A DNA stretch of 60,217 nt, filler included, from 4 parts of 4 records of this genome joined end to end with filler, not necessarily neighbours in it, one strand, 5' to 3'; counted from the whole stretch's first letter, positions 19,208-30,705 are shown. Notes: generated by a model from the sequence alone, not told the origin. Numbers and translations are program-made.

Positions 19208-20371
19208 TTATTTAATCAACCAATCTACAGGATTTATTTTTTTATTCTCTTCCCAAATTTCAAAATGTAATATACCATTCTTATTATTGTCATCAGCGAA
19301 AATTTGACCAATACTTTGATTACTGCTAATATCTTGTCCGTTTTTTACATTAACGGATGCTAGATTTGCATAAACTGTTAAGAATTTACCATGCCTTATA
19401 ATAACAGCTTTATTGTAACCTGGAATAGCAATGACGCGGCTTACAGTACCTTCATATACACATTTAACTTCGTTTTCCTTAGCAGTTGTTATATCAATAC
19501 CATTGTTCTTTATTTTTACGCCCTTTAAAACGGCGTGATTATGTTCACCAAAATAATTTGTTATTACACCATTTCGAACAGGCCAATTTAATTTACCCTT
19601 TGCCTTAGAGAAATTACTAAATCCAAAATTCTTATTTTCCTTAGCTGCTTCAGCAATTAATTTTTCAATTTGTAATTGAAGCTTTTTAGAATTTGTTTCT
19701 TTATTTTTTATTTCTTTTTTTAACCAACGTTCATCATTTTTTAATTTTTGAACGTAATTATTTTTTTCACTAATTGACTTTTTTAAATTGTCAATTTCAG
19801 TTTTTAAAACTTTATATTTTTCTTGCTTATCCTTAAGAATGATTTTATTGTAAGAAATAATACTATCATGCTTTAATTTTGTCTCTACTAAAATAATTCC
19901 TTGTCTTTTTCTATAAGAGCTATATTGTTTTAACAATTGAAATCTACGATAAGCTTCTGAAAAAGAATTTGAACTAAATAACAGCATAAATTCATTATAA
20001 TTTGAATTTACATTCTTATTTGCCTCTATTATTAATTGTTTATAACCCTCTTTTATACTTCCGATATCTTTGTTTAGTTTACTAACTAAATTTTGATTAA
20101 TTAGAATTTGAGAATTTATATCATTAATTTCCTCTTCATAGATTGAAATAAGCTCATTTTGAGCATTTATTTGTGCGTTTAATACTTTTACTTGATTAAG
20201 ATAAGATATTCTGGTTTTACCCTTCTTTGTAAGTAAATTTTTAGCTCTACTTATTTCCTTAAGGTATCTTTCTTGCTTAAGTTTTAAATCTGAAACACTA
20301 GCATTTTGAGCATAAAATATGCTATTAAATAAAAGTAAAAAGATAATGATATTAAATATCCTTAATTTCAT
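19208..20371 (-). CDS. EnvC-like murein hydrolase activator (coiled coil + M23 domain)
   Basis: Signal peptide, long coiled coil, KGKLNWPV, NNGIDI, LHFEIW; ATG at 20371 preferred. Confidence 0.85.
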   Translation of the reverse strand: MKLRIFNIIIFLLLFNSIFYAQNASVSDLKLKQERYLKEISRAKNLLTKKGKTRISYLNQVKVLNAQINAQNELISIYEEEINDINSQILINQNLVSKLNKDIGSIKEGYKQLIIEANKNVNSNYNEFMLLFSSNSFSEAYRRFQLLKQYSSYRKRQGIILVETKLKHDSIISYNKIILKDKQEKYKVLKTEIDNLKKSISEKNNYVQKLKNDERWLKKEIKNKETNSKKLQLQIEKLIAEAAKENKNFGFSNFSKAKGKLNWPVRNGVITNYFGEHNHAVLKGVKIKNNGIDITTAKENEVKCVYEGTVSRVIAIPGYNKAVIIRHGKFLTVYANLASVNVKNGQDISSNQSIGQIFADDNNKNGILHFEIWEENKKINPVDWLIK

Positions 20372-21188
20372 AAGCACTTGGTATTTTAAAATGTAAACTA
20401 CCTCCGTCGTTAACTTCTAGATAATTAATCTTCATATCTACTATTAGTTTAGAATTAGCTTTTTCACCATTAATTTTAATCTTACCAGGAAATAAAACAC
20501 CACTTTTAGAACTGAAATCTGAATACTCCACTTTTAGAGACTGATTATTAGAAAAATCTTTAATATATACATTGAAAATTTTATAAATATCTGGATGAAT
20601 ACATATTTCATGTATAATTATATCATTTCTACTTCTTTTACTTAGTCTATCTAATCTTTTATCTTTAAGAGACTTAAATGAATAGCCTTGATTTTCAATA
20701 TGATGCTTATACTTTTTTAAATCATCATAATATTCGTTTTCTGAAGGATAAATAAATAAACTATTAGTAATCAAGGCTTGAATTATTCTAAAATCAAGGT
20801 CAATTCCATATTTTTTACTAAAAAAATTATAATTTGTTTTTAAGACAATTTTATTATGCTTGTCAATAATTATAACTTCATTATTAGTTAATTGAGCTCT
20901 AATGAGTTCAATACCCATTAAAGCATATATTGAAACAATAATTTGTGAATCCTTTTGAACAACAAAACTACCTTTAAAGGATCTTTCATCTTTACCATCA
21001 TTAAAAGAAAATTGTACCTTCTTTAAATAAAGCTTTTCATATTTAATTTCGTTTTCATTTAGTAGCGATCTTAATTTTGCATCTGTAATATTAGATACAT
21101 TACCTATATTTACTAATTCTATACTTTTACATGAAAACGAAATGAAGGTTAATAACACTAACCACCATACTAAATTATTCTTCAACAT
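20352..21188 (-). CDS. DUF4292 family lipoprotein
   Basis: Lipobox FSC; sits between the TPR and EnvC genes in the typical Bacteroidota dut-TPR-DUF4292-EnvC order; C-terminal FKIPSAY; ATG at 21188 preferred. Confidence 0.7.
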   Translation of the reverse strand: MLKNNLVWWLVLLTFISFSCKSIELVNIGNVSNITDAKLRSLLNENEIKYEKLYLKKVQFSFNDGKDERSFKGSFVVQKDSQIIVSIYALMGIELIRAQLTNNEVIIIDKHNKIVLKTNYNFFSKKYGIDLDFRIIQALITNSLFIYPSENEYYDDLKKYKHHIENQGYSFKSLKDKRLDRLSKRSRNDIIIHEICIHPDIYKIFNVYIKDFSNNQSLKVEYSDFSSKSGVLFPGKIKINGEKANSKLIVDMKINYLEVNDGGSLHFKIPSAYEIKDI

Positions 21189-22917
21189 ACCTTTTTTGCT
21201 CAATTTTTAGAGGTAAAGTTTCTGATTTATTACCCATTTCTAATGACAGTTTCCACTGTTTTACAGCACCATCTATATCATTGTTTTTAAATAGTATATC
21301 TCCATAATGTTCTACAATAACATCACTCTCAGATCCACCACTATCAATTGCTCTTTCTATAATATACTTAGCTTCAAAATAACGACCTCTTTTAAATAAT
21401 ACCCATGCATAAGTATCCAAATAAGTATAATTATCTGATTCAAGTTCAATACATTTAGATATCATCTTTTCAGCCTTTTCAAGGTTTACATTTTGTAGAG
21501 ACAGATAATAACTATAATTATTTAATACTATAACATTATTCTCATTCAAACTTAAAGCGTTATCATAACTTTTAAAGGATTCATTATATTTATTTAAGGA
21601 GTAATAAACATCACCTAAATAAGCATAAAACTGACCTTTTAAATTATTATTTTCTTTAACAAACTTTATACCATGCTCTAAGGAAGAAACTGCTTTATTA
21701 GGTTTATTTAATTGCATTGCGGCCATGCCATTAAAGAGATTAACCAAAGGTTCATCGGGGAAAATAATAAGTGCATCTTTGCTATCAGTATATAATTCTT
21801 CAAATTTTGATAATTCAATTTGTAAGAAAAACATATCTTGCCAGTAGCTAATATTTTCATTATCAATGGCAATAGCATTTTTATAACTTTCTAATGCTTC
21901 TGCCTTTTTATTCTTATTTTTTAAGAAATTTGCATAATAAATATGACTTCTGGCATCGTCATTATGTGTAACGGTACAAGTTTTAAAAAAATCAATTATT
22001 TCAGCTTCGTGACTACCATTTTTAAACTCCCTACCCATTAAAAAAGGCATCAAGCGTTGTAACTTTATATCTATCGCTAAATTACTATCCTCAATACCCT
22101 TTTTGAAGTAATTAATAAAATTGGCAGTATCTTTTTGCTTAATACTTAAATTAGCAAGTGAAAAATATCCGAGACCATTTTTACTATCTATTTCTAAGAT
22201 CTTTTTATAAGATTCTTCTGCCTTTTTAAAATCTTTATTATATAAATAAAGATCGCCTAAAAATCCATAATATCTTGGTTCATAGGGATTATCCTCTATT
22301 AAATTATTAATTTCCTTTATAGCGAGTGATTCTTTACCTAATTCTAAAAGAATACGCTCTTTTTCTAGAGTAATTACCTCATTTAAACCGATATTAGCTT
22401 CTAATTTATTATACGTTTCAATTGCTTTATCAAACTCCTTATTTTGAGTATATAATTGAGCCAAAACATAAATAAACTCGTCACTATCAGGAAAATTTTT
22501 AACTAAATTATTATAAGTATATATAGCTTTATCAATTTCTTTATTTTGCTGATATAGATCGCCAAGTAAAATTTGATACCATTTATTATTAGGAGATATT
22601 CTTACTGAATTAGCCAATAAGTCTTGTGCACCTTGATAATTTTGAGCGGCTATAGCAATATTAGCTAATTCGAAATATGATACAGCACTTAAAGAATCAA
22701 TTTTTAAACATTCAATAAAATAGTTTTTAGCTTTTCCTAAATTACCGTTCATTTTAAAACGTTGTCCTTCGTAGAAAAAATAATCAAACTTTCTTTTATC
22801 TTGAGAGCTTAAAACTGGTATTGTTCGGTTTAATCTGCTATCAACATCATTAACGATTTTTGCAGACTTACAACTAAACAAAAAAACTACTAAAACAAAT
22901 ATATATAGATACTTCAT
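21175..22917 (-). CDS. Tetratricopeptide-repeat lipoprotein
   Basis: Lipobox LFSC, many TPR-like helices, LNNYSYYL and YLDTYAWVLF C-terminal motifs. Confidence 0.85.
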   Translation of the reverse strand: MKYLYIFVLVVFLFSCKSAKIVNDVDSRLNRTIPVLSSQDKRKFDYFFYEGQRFKMNGNLGKAKNYFIECLKIDSLSAVSYFELANIAIAAQNYQGAQDLLANSVRISPNNKWYQILLGDLYQQNKEIDKAIYTYNNLVKNFPDSDEFIYVLAQLYTQNKEFDKAIETYNKLEANIGLNEVITLEKERILLELGKESLAIKEINNLIEDNPYEPRYYGFLGDLYLYNKDFKKAEESYKKILEIDSKNGLGYFSLANLSIKQKDTANFINYFKKGIEDSNLAIDIKLQRLMPFLMGREFKNGSHEAEIIDFFKTCTVTHNDDARSHIYYANFLKNKNKKAEALESYKNAIAIDNENISYWQDMFFLQIELSKFEELYTDSKDALIIFPDEPLVNLFNGMAAMQLNKPNKAVSSLEHGIKFVKENNNLKGQFYAYLGDVYYSLNKYNESFKSYDNALSLNENNVIVLNNYSYYLSLQNVNLEKAEKMISKCIELESDNYTYLDTYAWVLFKRGRYFEAKYIIERAIDSGGSESDVIVEHYGDILFKNNDIDGAVKQWKLSLEMGNKSETLPLKIEQKRYVEE

Positions 22918-22935
22918 TATTTTAAATATTTAACA

Positions 22936-23376
22936 CTAATGTTTACCAGTATGACCAAATCCCCCATCGCCTCTAGCTGTTTCATCTAAACTATCAACTA
23001 AAGTAAATTCTGCAGTTTCATGCTTAGCAATTACCATTTGACACACTCTCTCACCATGCTTAATAACAAAATCATCGTTAGATAAATTAACCAGAATAAC
23101 CTTAATTTCACCACGATAATCAGCATCAATCGTACCTGGACTATTTAAAACAGAAATACCATGTTTATAGGCTAAACCACTACGAGGTCTGATTTGAGCC
23201 TCATAACCAGATGGCAATTCAATATATAAACCAGTAGGAATTAAAACTCTTTGTAATGGTTTAAGAATAATTTCGTCCATTAAATTAGCTCTTAGATCCA
23301 AACCAGCTGATAATGCTGTGCTATATTGAGGTAATTCATTAGTACTCTTATTTATGATTTTAATATTAACTGACAT
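22936..23376 (-). CDS. dut: dUTP diphosphatase
   Basis: [32 protein letters not shown]. Confidence 0.96.
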   Translation of the reverse strand: MSVNIKIINKSTNELPQYSTALSAGLDLRANLMDEIILKPLQRVLIPTGLYIELPSGYEAQIRPRSGLAYKHGISVLNSPGTIDADYRGEIKVILVNLSNDDFVIKHGERVCQMVIAKHETAEFTLVDSLDETARGDGGFGHTGKH

Positions 23377-24847
23377 TTCTTAATAAATTAATTTTTACTT
23401 CTTTAGAATATACGATTGCTAAAAATACGATTATTAATATTAACCTTAGAATATATAGCACAACATTACCAACTAAGTTAGTAGGTGCAATAAATTTTGG
23501 TAATAAATAAATTCCGGTAAAATAGATAATTAGGGCTATTCCAGAATAATATAGAATCTTGCTCCAATTATAGTAAATCTTATAATGTTTATTTCCTAAA
23601 TAAATACTTATTAGAACCATAACTGAAAAGCAAACTAAACCACTTATAGCCGTTCCTAAAATGCCCAAATAAGGGTATAAAATAAAATTTAAAACAATTG
23701 TAATTAAACTACCTATTATTCCCATATAGGCACCATATTTAGTTTTATCAGAAATTTTATACCATACAGATAAAGTAAAATATATACCACTAAATAGCTG
23801 TGCTAATAAAACAATAGGTATAATCACATTTCCTCTTTTATAGGATTCTGTTAAGAATAAATTTATGATATCCATAGAGAAAGTAACACCTATAAAAATC
23901 AGCAAGCCAAATAAAATAAAATAAAGCAATATTTTATTATAAATACTTGTATCACTGGTATTATGATGATGTTTAAAGAAAAATGGTTCGAATGCATACC
24001 TAAATGATTGAGTAAACATTGCCATCAATACACCAATTTTAAAATTAGCACTATAAATTGCATTTTCAGTAAATCCTTCTGAACTTAAATAAGGTATCAA
24101 TATTTTATCAAGATTAATATTAATCATACCTGTTATACCTACAATAAGAATTGGGTATGAATACTTTAACATTTGCTTTAAAGTAGAAAAGCTATATGAA
24201 GAAATGGAATTAAATAATTCAGGGATTAATAAAATTAGTATACTAAACGATGCTATAAGATTCGAAAAGAAAACATAACTAGATTCATCTCTTAAAAACA
24301 ATAAAATATCAATTTCTCTAAAGAAATAAATTGATGTATAATTCGGAATCCAGTATAAAAAATAAAGATTGAAAAAAATTAAAATAAGAACGTTTAATAG
24401 CTTTAATAGACCAAATTTAATACTTTTACCTTCTAGTCGAAGCTTAGCGAAAATAATAGACGAAATAGCATCAATAAATAGTATAAAAGCAACATAAACA
24501 AGCAAACTTGTATTTTGTATTTTTGTAATTACTGATATCTCATGTTTAAATGCCAATATAGATACTACAAATAAAAAACCTGTTGAAAATATACTAACTA
24601 TAGAAGTAGTAAAAACTACAGGTAAACTTTTGTTTTTGGCAAATCTGAAAAAAGCTGTTTCCAGACCATAAGTTAGAATAACTAAGAATACTCCAATATA
24701 ACTATAAACCTGACTTACTACACCATATTCCATCTCGCTCATAGTACGGATGTAATACGGCATTAGTAACCAATTCAATAACCTTACGAGAATATTACTA
24801 CCACCGTAAATAATGGTGTCACTAGCAAGAGATTTAAAATTTGCCAA
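23366..24847 (-). CDS. Oligosaccharide flippase / polysaccharide biosynthesis membrane protein (MOP superfamily)
   Basis: About 12-14 TM helices, [22 protein letters not shown]. Confidence 0.8.
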   Translation of the reverse strand: MANFKSLASDTIIYGGSNILVRLLNWLLMPYYIRTMSEMEYGVVSQVYSYIGVFLVILTYGLETAFFRFAKNKSLPVVFTTSIVSIFSTGFLFVVSILAFKHEISVITKIQNTSLLVYVAFILFIDAISSIIFAKLRLEGKSIKFGLLKLLNVLILIFFNLYFLYWIPNYTSIYFFREIDILLFLRDESSYVFFSNLIASFSILILLIPELFNSISSYSFSTLKQMLKYSYPILIVGITGMININLDKILIPYLSSEGFTENAIYSANFKIGVLMAMFTQSFRYAFEPFFFKHHHNTSDTSIYNKILLYFILFGLLIFIGVTFSMDIINLFLTESYKRGNVIIPIVLLAQLFSGIYFTLSVWYKISDKTKYGAYMGIIGSLITIVLNFILYPYLGILGTAISGLVCFSVMVLISIYLGNKHYKIYYNWSKILYYSGIALIIYFTGIYLLPKFIAPTNLVGNVVLYILRLILIIVFLAIVYSKEVKINLLRNVS

Positions 24848-24857
24848 ATCAATAAAA

Positions 24858-25883
24858 TTAAAATAAAGAAAATTGTTCTGAAGTTAATCCATCTTTACCT
24901 AAATGATCATAAGCTAAAGCTGTTGCCATACGACCTCTTGGAGTACGTTTAATAAATCCCTCCTTAATTAAAAAAGGTTCATAAACCTCTTCAATAGTAC
25001 CACTATCTTCTCCAATTGCTGTAGCAATAGTAGTTATACCAACAGGTCCGCCCTGAAATTTATCAATTAAGGTATTTAGAATCTTATGATCCATTTCATC
25101 TAAACCATGCTGGTCAATATTTAAAGCTTCCAAGGAGAACTTAGAAATTTTTAAATCAATATTACCATCACCCTTTACCTGTGCAAAATCACGTACTCTT
25201 CTCAATAAAGCGTTAGCAATTCTAGGAGTACCACGACTTCTTCCGGCAATTTCAAGACAAGCATCTTTTTCTATGAACGTATCCAGAATACCGGCGGAAC
25301 GATGAACTATACCAGATAAAACAGTATTATCATAATACTCAAGATGACAATTTATACCAAACCTAGCCCTTAAAGGACTAGTTAATAAACCACTTCTGGT
25401 TGTAGCACCAACAAGTGTAAAAGGATTTAAATCAATTTGAATACTTCTTGCACCGGGACCTTTATCAATAACAATATCGATTCTAAAATCTTCCATTGCA
25501 GAATAAAGATATTCTTCAACAACAGGGCTTAATCGATGAATTTCATCTATAAATAAAACATCATTTGGCTCAAGGCTAGTAAGAATTCCAGCCAAATCAC
25601 CAGGTTTATCCAGAACAGGTCCACTTGTTAATTTAAAACCAACATTAAGTTCATTAGCAATAATATTTGAAAGTGTGGTTTTTCCAAGCCCTGGTGGGCC
25701 ATGCAATAAAACATGATCCAAAGCTTCCTCGCGCATTGAAGCTGCCTGAACAAATATTTTAAGATTCTCTACAATCTTATCTTGTCCTTGAAAATCAGAA
25801 AAGTTTAATGGTCTTAATTTATTATCTACTTCTCTTTCAATATTTTGGTATCCTTCTTCACGTATATCAAAATTATCTTCCAT
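24858..25883 (-). CDS. ruvB: Holliday junction branch migration helicase RuvB
   Basis: [36 protein letters not shown]. Confidence 0.97.
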   Translation of the reverse strand: MEDNFDIREEGYQNIEREVDNKLRPLNFSDFQGQDKIVENLKIFVQAASMREEALDHVLLHGPPGLGKTTLSNIIANELNVGFKLTSGPVLDKPGDLAGILTSLEPNDVLFIDEIHRLSPVVEEYLYSAMEDFRIDIVIDKGPGARSIQIDLNPFTLVGATTRSGLLTSPLRARFGINCHLEYYDNTVLSGIVHRSAGILDTFIEKDACLEIAGRSRGTPRIANALLRRVRDFAQVKGDGNIDLKISKFSLEALNIDQHGLDEMDHKILNTLIDKFQGGPVGITTIATAIGEDSGTIEEVYEPFLIKEGFIKRTPRGRMATALAYDHLGKDGLTSEQFSLF

Positions 25884-26273
25884 CTAATTTAATACCCCTA
25901 ACTTTTTAATAATTGAAAGAAATAAATCTAATTCGAATGGTTTAGCCATATACTCATCCATACCATGAGCTAAACATTTTTCTCTATCCGCATCTAAAGT
26001 ATTTGCGGTTAAACCAATAATCGGTGTAGAATAGCGTAATTTTTCCTCTAATCTTCTGATTTCAAGAGTAGCTTCCAAACCATCCATAACAGGCATCATA
26101 AGATCCATAATTATTAAATTATATCTCTTATTTTTTACCATATCTACAGCTTCCTTACCATTATTCGCAATATCAATTTTATATCCAAATTTTGATAAAT
26201 TAAGAAATATAAGTTTCTGGTTAAGAACATTATCTTCTACAAGTAATACTGAAACTGAATTAGAGTTTTCCAT
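25884..26273 (-). CDS. Single-domain response regulator (CheY-like receiver)
   Basis: LLVEDN, MDLMMPVMDG (phospho-Asp), LTA, KP. Confidence 0.9.
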   Translation of the reverse strand: MENSNSVSVLLVEDNVLNQKLIFLNLSKFGYKIDIANNGKEAVDMVKNKRYNLIIMDLMMPVMDGLEATLEIRRLEEKLRYSTPIIGLTANTLDADREKCLAHGMDEYMAKPFELDLFLSIIKKLGVLN

Positions 26274-26356
26274 TAATTAAATCCTATAAAAACCAATTAT
26301 CTACAAAAAAAGTAAATTAAAACTATAAATCTAAATTATTTATCAAGTCAATACGA

Positions 26357-27352
26357 TTATAGACCTAAATCTTTAGATACTTTAAGCATTCTTTCAATTG
26401 GTTTTACAGCCTTAATTCGAATCTCTTCATCTACTTCTATAGCAGGCCAATTATATTTTAGAGCATTAAATAATTTTTGAATTGTATTTAAACGCATAAA
26501 TTCGCAATCATTACATGCACAAGTAGAATCATTAGGCGGAGCAGGAATAAAGGTCTTATTTGGGCTTTTAAGCTGCATTTGATGTATAATTCCAGACTCG
26601 GTAGCAACAATATATTTTAAATTCTTGTTTGAAACGGTATAATTCAATAATGAAGCTGTAGAACCAATATGATCAGCAACCATCAATAATTGTTTCTTGC
26701 ATTCAGGATGAGCAAGTATTTCAGCTTCAGGATTTTCATCTTTAATTTTGAGTATTTTTTCTAATGAAAACTTTTCATGAACATGACAAGCACCATTCCA
26801 TAAAACCATATTTCTACCGGTAATACTATTGATATAGTTACCTAAATTTCTATCTGGTCCAAAAATTAATTTTTCTTCTTTATCGAAACTATCAACGATT
26901 GCTTTAGCATTGGTAGATGTAACTACAATATCAGATAAAGCTTTAATCTGAGCACTAGTATTTACATAAGTAACTACTTTATGATCTGGATATTGCTTTA
27001 TAAATTTTTCAAACTCATCAGGTGGACAACTATCAGCTAAACTACATCCTGCGTTTAAATCAGGAACTAAAACTGTCTTATCCGGAGATAAAATTTTGGC
27101 ACTTTCACCCATAAAGTGAACGCCTGCAACTATAATAATTTCAGCATCTGTTTTAGCAGCAAATTGTGCCAAAGCTAAACTATCACCAACAAAATCGGCC
27201 ATATCCTGGATGGCATCTTCCTGGTAATAGTGGGCCATCAAAACAGCATTCTTTTTCTTTTTTAATTGTTGAAACTCTTCGACTATATTTTTATCACCTC
27301 CAATAGGCTCGTCAATAAAACCTTTTTTTAACCAGTCTGCTTTTAAATCCAT
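26357..27352 (-). CDS. nadA: Quinolinate synthase A
   Basis: AHYYQ, GDSL, GVHFMGE, AGCSLA, YVNTS, CHVHE, AHPEC, CNDCEFM. Confidence 0.96.
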   Translation of the reverse strand: MDLKADWLKKGFIDEPIGGDKNIVEEFQQLKKKKNAVLMAHYYQEDAIQDMADFVGDSLALAQFAAKTDAEIIIVAGVHFMGESAKILSPDKTVLVPDLNAGCSLADSCPPDEFEKFIKQYPDHKVVTYVNTSAQIKALSDIVVTSTNAKAIVDSFDKEEKLIFGPDRNLGNYINSITGRNMVLWNGACHVHEKFSLEKILKIKDENPEAEILAHPECKKQLLMVADHIGSTASLLNYTVSNKNLKYIVATESGIIHQMQLKSPNKTFIPAPPNDSTCACNDCEFMRLNTIQKLFNALKYNWPAIEVDEEIRIKAVKPIERMLKVSKDLGL

Positions 27353-27968
27353 TATTATATATATAAAAGAAAGAAATTTAAAGAATTAATGATAATGATA
27401 ATATCCTGTTAATATCGTTTATAAAATTGTTAGAAAAAGCTTGTTTAATTATTAATTCAACGTTTAGATGTTGGTTATTAATATTGAATTAACAAGTTTA
27501 ATCTGTTTTTAGTTGCTTGAAATCAGAAAAATAACTGACTTTATTAACAAGTTGTTAATAGTCGGCAAATTTAATAAGATTATCTGTTGAAAGTAAATAA
27601 GAGCTGTTAAAATAGTGTTTGAAATTGGCTTTAAAATTCATCATTTATAATTTGACTCGTATTACTTGATGATTGCATAATTGAATATGCTTAATGCGCA
27701 AATAATTTTTATAATTTTTCTTTCTGCGAAATTCACAATTTATTAACATGTTATTCTGAGTTATTCACATGTTTTTAAAGAAGTATGTAAAAGGTTAATT
27801 ATGAATACGTAAATGAATAAGAAAGGTTCTATTACTTAATTCACAAGTAATCGTATGTCTATTTACTATATCTTTGAACATTATTAATAGGTAATAACTT
27901 AAATTGTATATTCAGTTTAGGTTTAATCTGTGATATAGAATGGTAAGTTTTAAAATAATCTATATAAA
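27353..27968. other. Putative chromosomal replication origin (oriC)
   Basis: 616-nt ORF-free AT-rich gap. DnaA-box-like 9-mers: TTATTCACA 27761-27769, TTATTAACA 27541 and 27740, TAATTCACA 27837, AAATTCACA 27729, reverse TGTTAATAT 27407 and TGTTAATAG 27553. Trinucleotide tract AATGATAATGATAAT at 27388-27402 next to a TA-rich stretch. Genes diverge on both sides. Confidence 0.7.
27869..27876 (+). promoter_or_regulatory. Bacteroidota -7 promoter element upstream of rpiB
   Basis: TATCTTTG matches TAnnTTTG. Confidence 0.45.
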
Positions 27969-28397
27969 ATGAAAATAGGATTAGCAGCAGATCATGCAGG
28001 TTTTGAATTAAAGGAAAAACTAATTAAATATTTAAAGGAAAAAGGTATTGACTGTTCCAATTTCGGTACTGATTCTAATGAAAGTTGTGATTATGCTGAT
28101 TTTGCCCATCCTATGGCATCAGCTGTTGAAAATAAGGAAGTAGATTTTGGAATTTCTGTTTGTGGAAGTGGTAATGGTATTAATATGACTGTTAATAAAC
28201 ATCAGGGAATTAGAGCGGCTTTATGTTGGAATACCGAAATTTCAACTTTAGCCAGATCTCATAATGATGCGAATATTTGTTCATTACCGGCCAGGTTTAT
28301 TTCAGAGAATTTAGCATTTGAAATAGTTGATGCTTTTTTAGATACAGAATTTGAAGGAGGTCGTCATCAGCGCAGAATTAATAAAATACCTTGTTAA
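27969..28397 (+). CDS. rpiB: Ribose-5-phosphate isomerase B
   Basis: ADHAG, CGSGNG, RSHNDAN, FEGGRHQRR. Confidence 0.95.
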   Translation: MKIGLAADHAGFELKEKLIKYLKEKGIDCSNFGTDSNESCDYADFAHPMASAVENKEVDFGISVCGSGNGINMTVNKHQGIRAALCWNTEISTLARSHNDANICSLPARFISENLAFEIVDAFLDTEFEGGRHQRRINKIPC

Positions 28398-28409
28398 TAT
28401 TTTAATATT

Positions 28410-29786
28410 GTGAGTAAGGAGTCGAAGATTTTTTTAAATAAAGCAGAAGATATTGTATTTGATTTAAAGCATAGAGATAAAATCAAATTTAATATTTCGC
28501 GATATGATGCTGCTGTTAAAAAAGGAGAATTAAGGTATGCTAATATAGATTTAGCAAGAAAAAGAGCCGGATTTAAAAAACGTGAAGTACTCAAAGATTT
28601 GCCTTATTATCTTGAAGAGTTTGAAAAAAAGGCAATTCAAAATAATATAGATATTCTATGGGCTGATACAGCAAATGATGCTATTTCTTTTGTTATTAAT
28701 ATTTTAAAAGAAAACAATTGTAAGATGGTGGTTAAAAGTAAATCAATGACCACTGAAGAGATAGAATTTAATCATTATGTAGAACAGCAAAATATTAAGT
28801 CAGTTGAAACGGATTTAGGTGAATATATTGTTCAGGTTGCTGGCGAAAAGCCTTATCATATTGTTACACCTGCCATGCATAAATCTAAAGAAGATATTGC
28901 AGCGTTGTTTCACGATAAGTTTAAAACACCCATTGATAGTTCTCCTGAATTTTTAACTAATTATGTAAGAGAAAATTTAAGACAGAATTTTCAGGATGCT
29001 GAAGTTGGTGTTACCGGAGCAAATTTTTTATTAGCTGATATTGGTGCCATTGCAGTTACCGAAAATGAAGGTAATGCAATTATGTCAGCTTCTTTTCCAA
29101 AGGTACATATAGCTATTGCCGGTATTGAAAAGTTAATTCCATCTTATAAAGATTTAGGATTATTTTGGTCCTTATTGTCTGCTCATGGAACAGGTCAGCA
29201 AATGACTGTTTATAATACCATTTATTCAGGACCTAAAAAGAATAGTGAAACAGATGGACCTGAAAAAATGTACGTTATACTTTTAGATAATGGCAGGTCA
29301 GATTTATATCAACAAAAAGTACAGGCTGAATCTTTAGCTTGTATTAGATGTGGAGCATGTTTAAATGCTTGTCCCATTTATAAAAATATTGGTGGATATA
29401 CGTATAATTCAACATATAGTGGACCTATTGGTAGTGTTATAACTCCTCATTTTAAGGATTTTAATCAATTTAAACATTTGAGTTTTGCTTGTTCACTTTG
29501 TGGTAAATGTGAAGAAGTATGTCCCGTTAAAATTCCTCTACCAAAGCTGTTGTTATGTAATCGAAAAGATAGTGTAGATTTTAAAAAGGGAGTACATACA
29601 GAAACATTATTAACAAGTGGTTTTTCATTTGTATTAAGTCATCGAAGGCAAATGGATTTTCTTTCAGGTTCAATTAAGAACTATGGTTTACAACTTATTC
29701 AAAATCGAATTATAGGATCTAAAAGGAAATTACCATCTATTGCCAGTCAGTCATTTAGTAAACAATGGAAGAATAAAAGATGTTAG
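28410..29786 (+). CDS. lutB: Lactate utilization protein B (LutB/YkgF Fe-S protein)
   Basis: KSKSMTTEEI, ETDLGEYI, HIVTPAMH, NEGN, CIRCGACLNACP, CSLCGKCEEVCP. Confidence 0.88.
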   Translation: MSKESKIFLNKAEDIVFDLKHRDKIKFNISRYDAAVKKGELRYANIDLARKRAGFKKREVLKDLPYYLEEFEKKAIQNNIDILWADTANDAISFVINILKENNCKMVVKSKSMTTEEIEFNHYVEQQNIKSVETDLGEYIVQVAGEKPYHIVTPAMHKSKEDIAALFHDKFKTPIDSSPEFLTNYVRENLRQNFQDAEVGVTGANFLLADIGAIAVTENEGNAIMSASFPKVHIAIAGIEKLIPSYKDLGLFWSLLSAHGTGQQMTVYNTIYSGPKKNSETDGPEKMYVILLDNGRSDLYQQKVQAESLACIRCGACLNACPIYKNIGGYTYNSTYSGPIGSVITPHFKDFNQFKHLSFACSLCGKCEEVCPVKIPLPKLLLCNRKDSVDFKKGVHTETLLTSGFSFVLSHRRQMDFLSGSIKNYGLQLIQNRIIGSKRKLPSIASQSFSKQWKNKRC

Positions 29787-29840
29787 AATATTCTAATATT
29801 TATCTTATTTCTGTAAATTAGCATTTGAAAATCTTTATTT

Positions 29841-30284
29841 ATGCTTTCAAATACATGTAAATACGCTGTACGTTCAGTTATATATTTAGCTTTAAATCAA
29901 GAAGAAGGAAAGAAAATTGGAATCAAACAGATTTCAACGGATTTAGAAATACCTACTCCATTTCTTGGTAAAATTCTTCAAACGTTGGCTAAACAAAAAA
30001 TGTTATTGTCTACTAAAGGTCCTCATGGTGGTTTTGCTTTAGCAGATGATGCAGATGAAATTAGTTTACTGGATATTGTAAAAATTATAGACGGTTTAGA
30101 TGTTTTTGAAACTTGTATGATAGGAATGAATACATGTAAATCTACACATGAAGCTGGCAGACCATGTCCTGTTCATGATCAGTTTTGTAAACTAAGAAAA
30201 GACTTATTTAATCTGTACAAAGATGAAACAATTGGAAAAATTGTGGAAAGAATTGAAAGTAAAGAGGATTACTATTTATTATAA
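29841..30284 (+). CDS. Rrf2 family transcriptional regulator
   Basis: MLSNTCKYA, FLGKILQ, STKGPHGGF, three C-terminal Cys (CMIG..C..CPVH). Confidence 0.9.
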   Translation: MLSNTCKYAVRSVIYLALNQEEGKKIGIKQISTDLEIPTPFLGKILQTLAKQKMLLSTKGPHGGFALADDADEISLLDIVKIIDGLDVFETCMIGMNTCKSTHEAGRPCPVHDQFCKLRKDLFNLYKDETIGKIVERIESKEDYYLL

Positions 30285-30679
30285 GCCTTTTTAAAAAGTA
30301 ATATGTAATAAATAAACTTTTTATCTCTCAAATATAAGTAAAGAATACTTCCGGCTATAACGCCAATTGTATTAAAAATTGCATCGTAAATATTACCTGT
30401 TCTATTCTGAGTAAAAATCATTTGAATAAATTCGAGTATAATACCTAATAAAATTGTATCTACAATTATCCATCTTTTTCTTAGAGGTTTAATACTATTA
30501 TAATTCTCAATAAAAAAGATAAAACTTAGGGTAAAATACATTATAAAATGAACAAACTTATCGAAGTGTTTATAGAAATGAATATTGTCAGGCATTACCT
30601 TGTTTACATTCATTAAACTTAAAAATACAATTACTAAAAAAATAAAAATAGTTCTCCAGTATAATTTTAATGTATTCAT
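30272..30679 (-). CDS. VanZ family membrane protein
   Basis: DKFVHFIMY, EFIQ..FTQNRTG..YDAIFNTIG. Confidence 0.82.
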   Translation of the reverse strand: MNTLKLYWRTIFIFLVIVFLSLMNVNKVMPDNIHFYKHFDKFVHFIMYFTLSFIFFIENYNSIKPLRKRWIIVDTILLGIILEFIQMIFTQNRTGNIYDAIFNTIGVIAGSILYLYLRDKKFIYYILLFKKAYNK

Positions 30680-30705
30680 AATGAATAGTTTGTGATTTTA
30701 TATTT

